Below, piece after piece: positions 54,438 through 64,000 of a stretch of 64,000 nucleotides of DNA. This DNA comes from Carpediemonas membranifera BICM (lineage: Eukaryota; Protista; Fornicata): positions 62,001-126,000 of the forward strand of contig JAHDYR010000001.1 of NCBI GenBank assembly GCA_019828565.1, in the 5' to 3' direction. The notes below the pieces were generated by a model that made no database searches, was not told the DNA's origin, and was given only the letters and a program-made list of their open reading frames with translations. Each line of letters starts with the position of its first letter. Position 1 is the stretch's first letter. A program made the position numbers and the translations under genes.

Positions 54438-57400
54438 CTAAAGACCGAGCCCACCGTCAGCCCTGCTTCGAGCCACCTCCCGGTGCACTCTTCTTAAGTA
54501 CTTCATCACTGTCCTATCCTGCTCGCCAGAAGAGCTCGAGTACATCTCATCCAGACCGGAAAGAACCTTCATCACGCCGGGCTCAAAGTATCGAATCGAC
54601 TCATGATGCCTCGCAAAGTTGCCGATGGAAAGAAGAAGCACGCCGGCGTACTGGGCTTTGGGGTTCTCGACGAGGAGGCGAAGCATCGTGGTGAGAGCAC
54701 CCGCCCGCATGAGAGGTTCAATCAAATCCCCGGTAGATCGAGCCAAGTTGCCGAGGGCACCGGCCGCGTTGCCAATGATGCGGCCGTCTGAATCATTCAA
54801 AAGATCAATCAATGGAGCAATGGCCGGCTGAAGCTTCTGATAGAGCGTCGCATTGTGGAAAGCTGCGTTACCAAGCGCAAAGCACGCGAAGTTACGAGTT
54901 TGCGAATCCTCGTCGTCTAGCGCAGCAGTGAGCGTGGCCAGAAGCCCGCTCTCTTTCAAACTAGCGTAGAATCTGTCATTATGCCGACACATGTTCCCAA
55001 TAACATTGCATGCCTTAGCCCGCACCGCCGCACTATCATGTGTACAGAGCCTGTCGAGCAAGTCGGGCGGCAACGCGTCCACAAGATAGGGATAGTTGGC
55101 CTCAGAGAGGCGGGCAAGCTGGGAAAGCACGAGGAGAGCATCAATGGCGATCGAGTCGGCTGTGTCGGGAGCGAGTAGACTCTGGATCAATGGGGGTGAT
55201 GCGAATCCTGCGAGAACCAGGCCCTTGGCGAAAGAGGACCCGTGGTTGAGAGTCAGGCGAGCTAGGAGACCAACTGCTACCTCTGATAACGGCTCGGCGA
55301 TGTATTTGAGGATGTTACATACCCTCTCATGTAACCCAGCCCTGTATAGTAAAGTAAACCACGGGGTCGCTCCAGAACATATAGCAGACTCGACCACGAG
55401 GTAAAACACCTGAATAATTGGGGTAAGAAGCTGGTGCACGGCGCCTGCCCCACCACCAGCAGCCACAGGCCAGGCCGTGAGAGACTGGATGTGGTCATCT
55501 TGGAGTAGGGAGACAAGGGCGTCGGCGAGGGTGACTGTTCTTGCAGGGAAGGGGCAGTGCTCTCTCGCCCAGACCGCCTTGGGCACAGCCTGTGAGTGGT
55601 CGCTAAATATTCCCGTAAATCCGGCAAGTGCGGTTGCGGGGAAGTCGTCGCTGAGTGATAGGTCGTTGAGGACCTTGAGGAACGCTTGGATGCCGAGTGG
55701 ACCGAATGTGTAGCCTGTGGTGCTGGCCCACTGCTGCTGGGCCTGTCTGGCGTACTCGTCGTACGTCTCAGATGCCCCGATGATGTCCAAACCTGCACGG
55801 GCGTGGGATGATAACGGTGGTCTGTTCGTATACACAGTAATAACAGCTACAGCGAGCTGTGTGACTACCCCGCTTGACATGGCCATCCTCATCACCTCGG
55901 TCGGCCCGAATTGAATCATTCTTTGAACCAACCAAGTGGGCCCGTCAAGGAAACCAATATCAAAGTGTGAGCATGGCGTAGAGAGCGTTAGTGACATGCA
56001 CTGGCTGAGTGTGGCGAACTTGGTGGTCGGGATCTTCAGATTCGTGGCTCGGGCGGCGGCTGCCCAGGGCTCGGGGTCAGAGACAATGGGCTGGTGGCCC
56101 TTGCTGGACGCACGGCGGATGTTAACCATGGTGAGGAGCTTGCGGATGCCGGGGGAGGGCTGGCCGTCCATGATGGCCGCGGTAACTACACCGTCCTCGT
56201 CGAAGTCGCACAGTTGTGCTAAAAACGCGCAGGTTAACGACGCCAAGGCGGATGCGAAAAGATACGGCGAACCACCCGAGATCTTCACGCCGACCGTGTT
56301 GATAAGGGTGACGAGGCCGGAAGGGTCGAATGCATCACAAGCTTTAAGCTGCGCGGCAACTTCATGAGCGCACTCGTCGACGAGCTTCAGCATGGTCCTC
56401 ATGGCCATTGCGTTTGCCCAGCCGCTATCCTCTGGGTCTGGTTGCTGGAGTGCTGCCTGGAGTAGCACGCTTGTGGCGTTCTTAGCCACAAACAGGGCTG
56501 CGTCCTGGTTTGCTGAGGCTAGCGTGTGGAGACAGGCCATGGCCGGCCGGCGTATGGCCTGTCCGACCTCATCGCTGGCTACCACATCGATCAGCGCCTG
56601 CCAGTCACCCGGGGATGTCGTATGGGCCATGATCTGACCAAGCTTGTGGTGTCTGAACCTCTGCTGCTTCTTGACAAGCACGGCGCGCTCTCTCTCGGGC
56701 GAGTCTGACTGGTGCAGGGCCGCTCCTAGGGCTGGGAGTGAGACAGGCTTGGTCTGCTTCGCCTCACGATAATCATAGTATAAATACGGCCTCACCGCGG
56801 CAACTGGGGGCGGGCTTACAAAGATGGGGAACAGGTCAGGGCAGACTGTGAGTAGAGGGGGCTGGACCATAGAGCTGATGAGGAGAATACTGCTCTCCTG
56901 AAGTGAGGCAAACATTGCCCCGGCTCTGCCCTGCGGTGACGGGACTTGGAAAGCAAGGGCGGGCATAACCGACTCGATGAAAGTGACGGGTAGGGGAAGA
57001 GGGGGCGCGTTCTTGGCGAAAGACCGTAGCTCGTGGCCTGTGGTCTCAGCAATGAGGGAGAACGCAGTGTGATAGATGGAATCAGACGTGTATTGGCGCG
57101 CATTGAACAACACGGGCTTGTCCGAGACATAGTCAAGGGGCCGCACTCTTTGCTGCAAATGCCGGGCCAGGAAGATGGTGAGAACGTCGTAGACACCAAG
57201 GAGGGTCTCGGCGCAGGCGAGACGGAGGTCTACCGCGGTGAAGCCGAGGCGAGAGGCAGGTGGGATCATCATGGGTGAGCAAGAATCAGATACACCGAAT
57301 CTAGGGCCGAATAGATTGCCCAGAGTCGCCCCGAGCACCTCTACCACCTTGCCCACGAGAGCCGTTGTCCGCTGGAAGAGGCCGGCTTCGAGCAGGCTGC

Positions 57401-59044
57401 ACATCCAGCCATCGACGTCCTTGACGAAGGGGAGGATGTCGAGGGGCATACCGTCGGCGGTTTCTCCGGCGTCTCTAGTGAATGTTGTGGTTCTATGGGA
57501 CCTAGCGATCGTCATGCGGGCCGTCTGCCGTTGTTTGAGCGCATCAGTTGATGGGAGTGTGATTGAAGGCATATGTGACCTCACCAGTGGTACTAGAAGC
57601 TGCACAACAGTCATTAGGCTGGCCATAGCGTTCGTCAGGGAGGTAACGGCGGCCAACGCCATCGCCACCGAGTTCTTGTCGTCATACCGAGGAACCACCA
57701 CAAGAATGGTCTCGATGGCAGTGATGAGGATGTTCATGCTCTCTACTGGCGACACCGCCTTCAATGTGTGCAACAGGCATGTGATTGTGGGGCTGAACAC
57801 CAGCTGGTCGATGTTACTAGCAGGGATGGTGACTGGGCAGACGATCGTGATACGGTCGCATGGGAATGAGCCCAATCCTTCATCCGCGATGCACCCGAAT
57901 AGCACTGCGACCGCGCGACAGAGCTTGACCGCGGAGGGGAGGCCCATGTCGTTCACGGCCGACAGCTCGGCCAGGAGCTGCGGGACGTCGCCCTTCTTCG
58001 CAAACTCATCAGCTGCTTTGGCTACGGTCTCGAACAGGCTGTCTTCGGCCTCGAATGCGGCGAACACGCTGTCTGGGTCGGGGCGGGTGTCCTCAGGCTC
58101 GGGCTCAGGGTCAGGAGAGGCGAGGTCCTCGGGCGTCTGGGACGAGGCCTTGTGGTCCTCCTGGAGGGCCGTGTACCAGTCTCTCGGGGGCAGGACGCGG
58201 GTGGGGGGGACGTCTACGTTGATGAAGGGGTGAGCTAGGATATCGGGCCACACCATGCGTTTGTCCGACTTCTTCTGGAGTAGACCGCGTAGGAAAGACG
58301 TGAAGACAGGCGAGGCGTCAGCAGGGAAGGCGACGGAGGAGTTCATGACCTTCTGTGTTAAGGTGACGAGGTTTGTTGAGAAGAACGGCGGCTTGCCCTG
58401 GAATAATTCGTATAAAAGAATGCCCAGGCCCCACAGATCGCTCTTGTAGTCGTATCTTTGACCCAGAATGACCTCTGGCGCCATGTACAGCGGTGTCCCT
58501 TTGATTGAGGAGAGTGTGACGGTCGAATCAGACATGGAGCGTGCAAAGCCAAAGTCACACAGCTTGACACACTGATTCTCGCATATCAGGACGTTCTGGG
58601 GCTTGAGGTCGCGGTGTACTATCCTGTTTGAGTGCAAATGGTAGAGCGCGCCGGTGAGCTGGATGGCAATGGAGCGCACCTGCTCTTCTGGGAGACGGTG
58701 GTCATAGCCTATGATGTAGTAGAGGTCGCCCATGGCATATTCGGTGACGACGCAGATATCCGACTCAGTTTCGAAGGAATCCAGCAGGCACACGATGGAC
58801 GGATGCCGAACCTTGGTGAGGATCTCGATCTCTGAGCGAAGATTGCGGAGATCGCGGCGTTGTTTGCCCTTCTGTGTAACAAATTTGCGTGAAACATGCC
58901 TTGGGGATGAATTTGATGGCAACGATCTGCCCTGTGCCTCGTAGGCGGCCCTAGGTAACAAATGACAGCGCAACGAGTACTAACCTTCCATACTTTCCCG
59001 AATGAACCCTCTCCTATCAACCGAACGAGCAAATAGCGGTCCAT
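54438..59044 (-). CDS. STK36: Fused/STK36 kinase with C-terminal ARM/HEAT repeats; introns 58951-58984 (GT-AG) and 58872-58899 (GC-AG)
   Basis: Spliced N-terminus MDRYLLVRLIGEGSFGKVWK-GRLRGTGQIVAIKFIPK-KGKQRRDLRNLRSEIEIL; HRDLKPQNVL, CDFGFARSM, SIKGTPLYMAPE; C-terminal RAKACNVIGNMCRH, FACFALGNAAFH, NAAGALGNL. Confidence 0.93.
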
Positions 59045-59302
59045 TGGTCAGGTTCTGAAGCGGGAGCGCGCGGGTTAAGGTCAAGGCGAACTACGGTCGT
59101 TAGAGGCCGTGGTATCACGCAGGGCCGCCCCTGGACTTTGCCTAGCAATCTGTTTTTCTGGGTAAAACGGCGCGAGTTGGAGAGGCGATTGCGAAACCCT
59201 TGGCTGGACTGCCAGACAAAAGTCACGTCCATCCAACCCAATCAACACAAGCCCTGCCACTAATAACATTTACAGATCCGAATAAACAGCTCCTCGCCAC
59301 GC

Positions 59303-62300
59303 TCACAGCGCGGCAACAGCGTTTGACACAAGAATGGACAGAATCCAGCCGATGGCCATCAACCCCGCCATGATCCACACCCTTTCAAGCATAGTGGTGT
59401 GCGCCTCGGGCTGGGTATTGGCAGTTGTGTTAGATACAGAGGTCAGGCCCATTCCTGCGATCGATGGGAAGTCGGGAACGGAAACCCGCGATACACGACG
59501 GGTGAGCTGGGAAAGATTGGCTGACCCATCCTTGATTGATTGGATCGCATCTTCGAGAATCTTTTTCTGAATCTCGAAATTCTCCTTCGTCTCATCGTGC
59601 TCGTACTCAAGAACCTCGAGCGTCCTGGTCGCAGTCCGGCATTCCTTCTCAAGCTTGGTGCACGCGACAATCTTGGCCTCACGCTCCCTGGTCACAGTCT
59701 CGAGCTCAGAATTCTTGAGCTCGATCTCCTCCTTCAGACTGATGATCTCAGCCTGCTTCATATCTATTTCCTTCTCCTTGGTGGCGATAATATCCTGATT
59801 TGACTCACTCACCGTCCTTTCAGTCACGAGCTGGGCAGCCTTCGCGTCCCTGTCCCGCGTCATCGTCTTGAGTTCTGCGGTGCGAGTTTTCCGCTCAGCC
59901 TTAAGCTGCGAAATTTCTTCCAGGAGCGAGGCAGAGCTTGCGTGTGCGTGGCTGTGGAGGTCGTCCAGCTCGGCGTCCTTGGCGGCGAGGGTCTGCGTGA
60001 GTCTGGCGATCTCGGCTTCAGTGGTCTCTGTTTGCTTGGAAAGCTCCTCGAGCTCGAGCTGCTTGGCGTTACGTTCTTCAGCAACAGCGGTAAGTTCATT
60101 CGAGGCTGTCTCCACCTCCTGCTTGAGCACTGCCACCTCTCCTTGCTTCGCCTCGAGGTCATCCTTGAGCCCGCCGATCTCTTCCTGGTGTGCAGCAGCT
60201 GCGTCGGTCAGGCGGGAAATCTCGGCCTCCTTCTCGGCGAGCTCGGCCTTCAGTGACTCAACTGCTTCAGTGAGCGCAGCAACCTCGGTTTGGGCGTTCT
60301 CGAGCTGTGCAGCGAGATTCTCAGCGTTCGTCTGCCCTGCACTTGCCTGCTCGTTGACTGTGGCGAGCTGTTCGACGAAACTGCGGCCCTCCTCTTCGAG
60401 CTCCTCGACTCTGGTGGTAAGCTGTGCGATGGTCTCCTGTTTGTCGTCCAGCTCAGCCTGCTTAGCCTCAAGCTCGGCCACTCTCACGTCTGCTCCCTCC
60501 CTCAGCGCCTGCAGCTCGGCCTCGGCAGCAGCAGCGGCAGCAACGGCCTCCTCATCAACCTCAGCCTCCACGCCACTGGCCTCGGCGATCTCACCCGCCT
60601 CTGCAGTAACACCCTTGTCCTCCTGCTCATGTGCCATTGTCTGGGAGTCCTGGGTCTCGGTCTCGGGCCTTGCCTCCACCTCGGCCTCGGCCTGCTCCAC
60701 TGGCTCCTGCTCTGCGGTGACCCCCTTGTCCTCCTGGCTCTGGGCGTCGGTCTGGGACTCGTTAACGTCCGTAAGTGGTCTGGCATCAACCTCAACCTCA
60801 TTGGTAGCGGCAGGCTCGACTTCGATGGTAGTGGAAGGCTCGAGAACCTCGCTGCCCTCCTCACCGGCAGCAGCCTCACCCTCACCCTCGACCTCCCCCT
60901 CCCCCTCGCCAGTCTCGGCCTCAGCTTCGCTATCAGCAGCCTCCTTGTCCTTCTCGACTGTGGCAGACAGTGCGGCGACCTTCTCCACGAGCTGGGCGAT
61001 CCTTGCTTCAGCCTCCTCGACCCGCCCGTTCGCCTCGAGCAGCTGGCTTGTCGCCTCTTCAGCCTGCTCGTTGAGGCAGTCAATGAGGCTCTGCCTCTCC
61101 TTGATTGTCTCCTGCAGTGACTCAAGCGACTCGGGCTCAGCAGCCGCCTCGCCCTCAAGCTCTGACCCAGACTCGGACCCAGCCTCTGCTACTGTCTCGC
61201 CCAGCTCAGACGTATCGTGGTCGGACTCGCCTTGGCCGTGGTCGGAGCCGTCCGGGGCGTCCCCGGCCAGAGTGTCGTCTGGCCCGTCCTGGTCGGCCTG
61301 GTCGGCATGTTCAGAAGGCTCGTCGTCTGAGCCAGCTGCTTCCTCTTTGGTCTCGGCGGTAGCGGTGGTGACGTCTTCTTCCACGGCTTCGGTTTCGACA
61401 GTACCAGAATCATCGTTGACGGCCTCATCTTCCACAGTATCGCTATACACAACATCAGTGTCCACGACCTCACCATCCTTGGCCTCGCCATCCACCTCGC
61501 GCGACTGGCATGCCTCTCTCAGCTGCTTGATCTCCTCAGCGTTGGCCTCCACCACCGCTTCATACTGACGGAGCACGGACATGTCGTACTGGCTTGCAGC
61601 CACAGTCTTGGTGAGATGTGTAATCTCTGCCTCCTTTGCCTCGACCACATTCTTGAGCTCCACGACAGTGTCTGAAAGCTCAGCGATCTCGGCCTGTGCC
61701 TGCTCTACCTCTACGGCCAGGCCCTCTACCTCTTCCTTGCGAGCAGCTGCCTCCTTATTGGCGGCCTCGAGCTGCTCGGCAGACTCCCGCGCTTCTTCTG
61801 TCAGCCTGCTAATCTCAGCCTCATAGTTATCAATAGTGCCCCGGAGCGTGGCAATATCAGTAATACTGTGCTTCGCGGCGTCCGCGAGGACGGTTATCTC
61901 CGTGTTCTTCGCCTCGAGCTCGCGGGACAGCGCGCGGATCTCGTCGGTAAGCTCGTGAATCTCGCCTTCAAGCGTGCTGGTGACCTGGTTTGTGATCTCT
62001 GCCTCGATTTGGGCGCGGAACTCGTCGAAGACTGCAGTGGACCTTTGAAGCTCCTTTGCGGCCTTGATGACGGTGAAGGCGATCTTGTTTTGTAAATTGT
62101 CGGCAGCCACCTCCTTGCGTGGAAGAGTGCTTTCCAACTCGATTAGGGCGTCGCCAAGAGCGTAGTGGGCGGCCTCGAAGCGCTCCTCGACGTTGACCTC
62201 GGTCTTCTGGCGATGGAGGGCCTCAAGAAGGGCCTGGTTCTGGCGCTTGAGCTGAGCTATGAGTGCCATCTGCGTGTCTTTCTCGTTTTTGACGCTCATG

Positions 62301-62572
62301 ACGAATCTCGGCGTGGCAGGGCGCTGGGCAGGCGATGGAGCTTGCGCTTCGTGCGCCATGTCGGTCGAAAGTTCCTTGACGAGAAACGCAGTCGTTGTTT
62401 GAATGGGAGTGGATCCAATACTGGCTCTTCGGCCGCTTCTACGTGGTGTAGAGGTCGGGGATGTCCTATTTGCACTCAATCGGCTGAAATCGAGCGGGAG
62501 TGTCGCGTTAGCGTGGCTATTACTGCGATTTCGGCCATCTGTGCTGTATCTTGGCGTTGATGGTCGATGCAT
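59303..62572 (-). CDS. Large acidic coiled-coil protein with a C-terminal membrane anchor (golgin-like topology)
   Basis: Extensive heptads, an acidic linker, and terminal VWIMAGLMAIGWILSILVSNAVAAL. Confidence 0.75.
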   Translation of the reverse strand: MHRPSTPRYSTDGRNRSNSHANATLPLDFSRLSANRTSPTSTPRRSGRRASIGSTPIQTTTAFLVKELSTDMAHEAQAPSPAQRPATPRFVMSVKNEKDTQMALIAQLKRQNQALLEALHRQKTEVNVEERFEAAHYALGDALIELESTLPRKEVAADNLQNKIAFTVIKAAKELQRSTAVFDEFRAQIEAEITNQVTSTLEGEIHELTDEIRALSRELEAKNTEITVLADAAKHSITDIATLRGTIDNYEAEISRLTEEARESAEQLEAANKEAAARKEEVEGLAVEVEQAQAEIAELSDTVVELKNVVEAKEAEITHLTKTVAASQYDMSVLRQYEAVVEANAEEIKQLREACQSREVDGEAKDGEVVDTDVVYSDTVEDEAVNDDSGTVETEAVEEDVTTATAETKEEAAGSDDEPSEHADQADQDGPDDTLAGDAPDGSDHGQGESDHDTSELGETVAEAGSESGSELEGEAAAEPESLESLQETIKERQSLIDCLNEQAEEATSQLLEANGRVEEAEARIAQLVEKVAALSATVEKDKEAADSEAEAETGEGEGEVEGEGEAAAGEEGSEVLEPSTTIEVEPAATNEVEVDARPLTDVNESQTDAQSQEDKGVTAEQEPVEQAEAEVEARPETETQDSQTMAHEQEDKGVTAEAGEIAEASGVEAEVDEEAVAAAAAAEAELQALREGADVRVAELEAKQAELDDKQETIAQLTTRVEELEEEGRSFVEQLATVNEQASAGQTNAENLAAQLENAQTEVAALTEAVESLKAELAEKEAEISRLTDAAAAHQEEIGGLKDDLEAKQGEVAVLKQEVETASNELTAVAEERNAKQLELEELSKQTETTEAEIARLTQTLAAKDAELDDLHSHAHASSASLLEEISQLKAERKTRTAELKTMTRDRDAKAAQLVTERTVSESNQDIIATKEKEIDMKQAEIISLKEEIELKNSELETVTREREAKIVACTKLEKECRTATRTLEVLEYEHDETKENFEIQKKILEDAIQSIKDGSANLSQLTRRVSRVSVPDFPSIAGMGLTSVSNTTANTQPEAHTTMLERVWIMAGLMAIGWILSILVSNAVAAL

Positions 62573-62751
62573 AGTGTTCTTTGTGTTACTGAATGTGAGC
62601 AGGTGGTTGTGAAATTTTGGATACCCGAGAAAGTCCAAATTTGACTTTCCTGCTGCTGATTGCTGGCCAGGGTGGTGCTTCCTAGGTGCAGAAGGACAGA
62701 CGCAACTTTTTATCTCCAAATTTCAGTGGCCTAAAACTGCTTTCAATCAAC

Positions 62752-64000
62752 ATGGTACGTTTCATCCTATATAGCTAACATAGGGCTGCGGCGCTAGCAA
62801 AAACGTCATTGCAGAGGGGGATTTGCCTCTTCCGTCAGCAAATGAGCAGCCTACCATGCATGAGCAGATCGAAGAAATTCCGAAGCCAGATGCGGACGAC
62901 AGCGTGGTTATTCCATCCGAACCGATCCCTTCTGAAGAACATGAAGAAAAGCCAGACAAGATTCCGGAAGCCGTTCCCCAATCGCACGCCCCCGAGCCTG
63001 TGATCAGCCAGACATCAGACGAGCCCGAGGACGAGGAGGTGCCTGAGGAGCCCGTCGCCGTCGCCATCATGGAGCCGGCTGACAGAGTAGAAAAGAAGCC
63101 CGAGCCCGTGCCTGCTTCGCCAACAGAAGAGCCGGCCGAAGCAGTGCTGGCCAAGACTGCCCCCACTACCTCCGCCGCAGGTCTCGTAGAGGAGCCCGCA
63201 AACCCCACCGAACCTGCCCAGCCAGTCGATGCGAGTCCCGAGGCCCCAAACACCACCGTAGCCCCGATCAAGACTGTGCCCTCACCCTCACCCTCGACCT
63301 CTGAGCCCGCCCACGAGCCAGAGACCGTATCCTCTCCCGAGTCTGTGAGCAAGTCCCCTGTGGTCCCCTCCGTCAAGTCGCCCTCCGAGGCTCCACTCAG
63401 CCCACAAGCCGAGGAAGCTGGGTCTATCGCCCCCGAGCCCAGCATGAGCGAGGTTTCCCCCGCCCCGGTCTCTGAGGCCCACATCTCCCCTGCTCCTATC
63501 TCCCCGGAGAGCGCGGCTTCATCTGTGAGAGTCATATCACCCACCACCACCCTCTCTGAACCCGAACCCGCCGTTGAGCCCGAGCCTCTGCCCAAGCACA
63601 TGCAGGAGCGCCAGGCCATGGCTGAGGCCGAAGCTGTGGCCGAGCAGTACGAGGAGGAGCACGCCCCCGCCACTCTTGCCGATCTGAGTGAAGAGAAGGC
63701 AGCCGCCCAAGCTCGCGTCGACGAGGAGCAGGCCCGTCGGATCGAAGAGGACGCTGAGCTCATCTCTCGCGGAGACGTCCTCTCCGTCGCTGTGTACATC
63801 CAGGATCGCCCAGACACGTTCTTCTATGCTCATATGGAGGATGAGGCTAACACCGTCATGGACCTCAAACTCGCCATCGGAAGGGCCACTGGCGTGCTGT
63901 TCTCGAAGCAGAAGCTCTTCAGAGTGGACTACGCGCCTCTGGCGAACGACAAGACGGTGCTTAGAGAGCTTGTCGGGTTTGAAGCAAGACCTATCATCCG
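62752..64000 (+). CDS. N-acylated (MGCGASK) P/E-rich protein with a ubiquitin-like domain; partial; intron 62755-62783
   Basis: ATG|GTACGT...CTAACATAG|GGC TGC GGC GCT AGC AAA. The frame is open to the window end and finishes with TVMDLKLAIGRATGVLFSKQKLF..LANDKTV. Confidence 0.75.

Noticed and set aside
59868-63817. 566-aa (+) and 351-aa (-) Ser-rich ORFs
   Set aside because: Antisense to Glu-rich genes; the Ser richness is the mirror of GAG/GAA codons.

Overview
Gene-dense eukaryotic (protist) DNA with very short (about 28-34 nt) spliceosomal introns. The gene set (IFT122, Fused/STK36, Arl8, BORCS8, TFB5, POLD2, LIG1, proteasome beta1, TMEM192) indicates a flagellate. The tiny introns and expanded RCC1-like and WD40 families suggest a Carpediemonas-like fornicate, but this is inference only. 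Many genes carry single-base frameshifts, mostly in short homopolymers, so some breaks are probably assembly errors. Highlights: (1) An RNA-guided Fanzor/TnpB-type locus at about 22.0-23.5 kb. One ORF has all three RuvC motifs plus the zinc finger, and a second, divergently oriented C-terminal remnant lies beside it. Strand-specific stem-loops start at both stop codons (omegaRNA candidates). A repeated end motif has a flank that matches, over 14 nt, a gene family elsewhere in the window. (2) That family, present as two inverted copies, has an unusual WD40 - coiled coil - protein kinase - HECT - RBR Rcat-like - Zn-ribbon architecture, and the copies differ mainly in a few WD40 blades. Also present: a roughly 3,400-aa FG-GAP/Cys-rich surface protein with a homogenised 1,044-bp higher-order repeat, a NAK-ANTH fusion, a GARP-type Myb factor, a bacterial-like nucleotidyltransferase, and an upstream-plus-leader cassette reused in front of unrelated ORFs.
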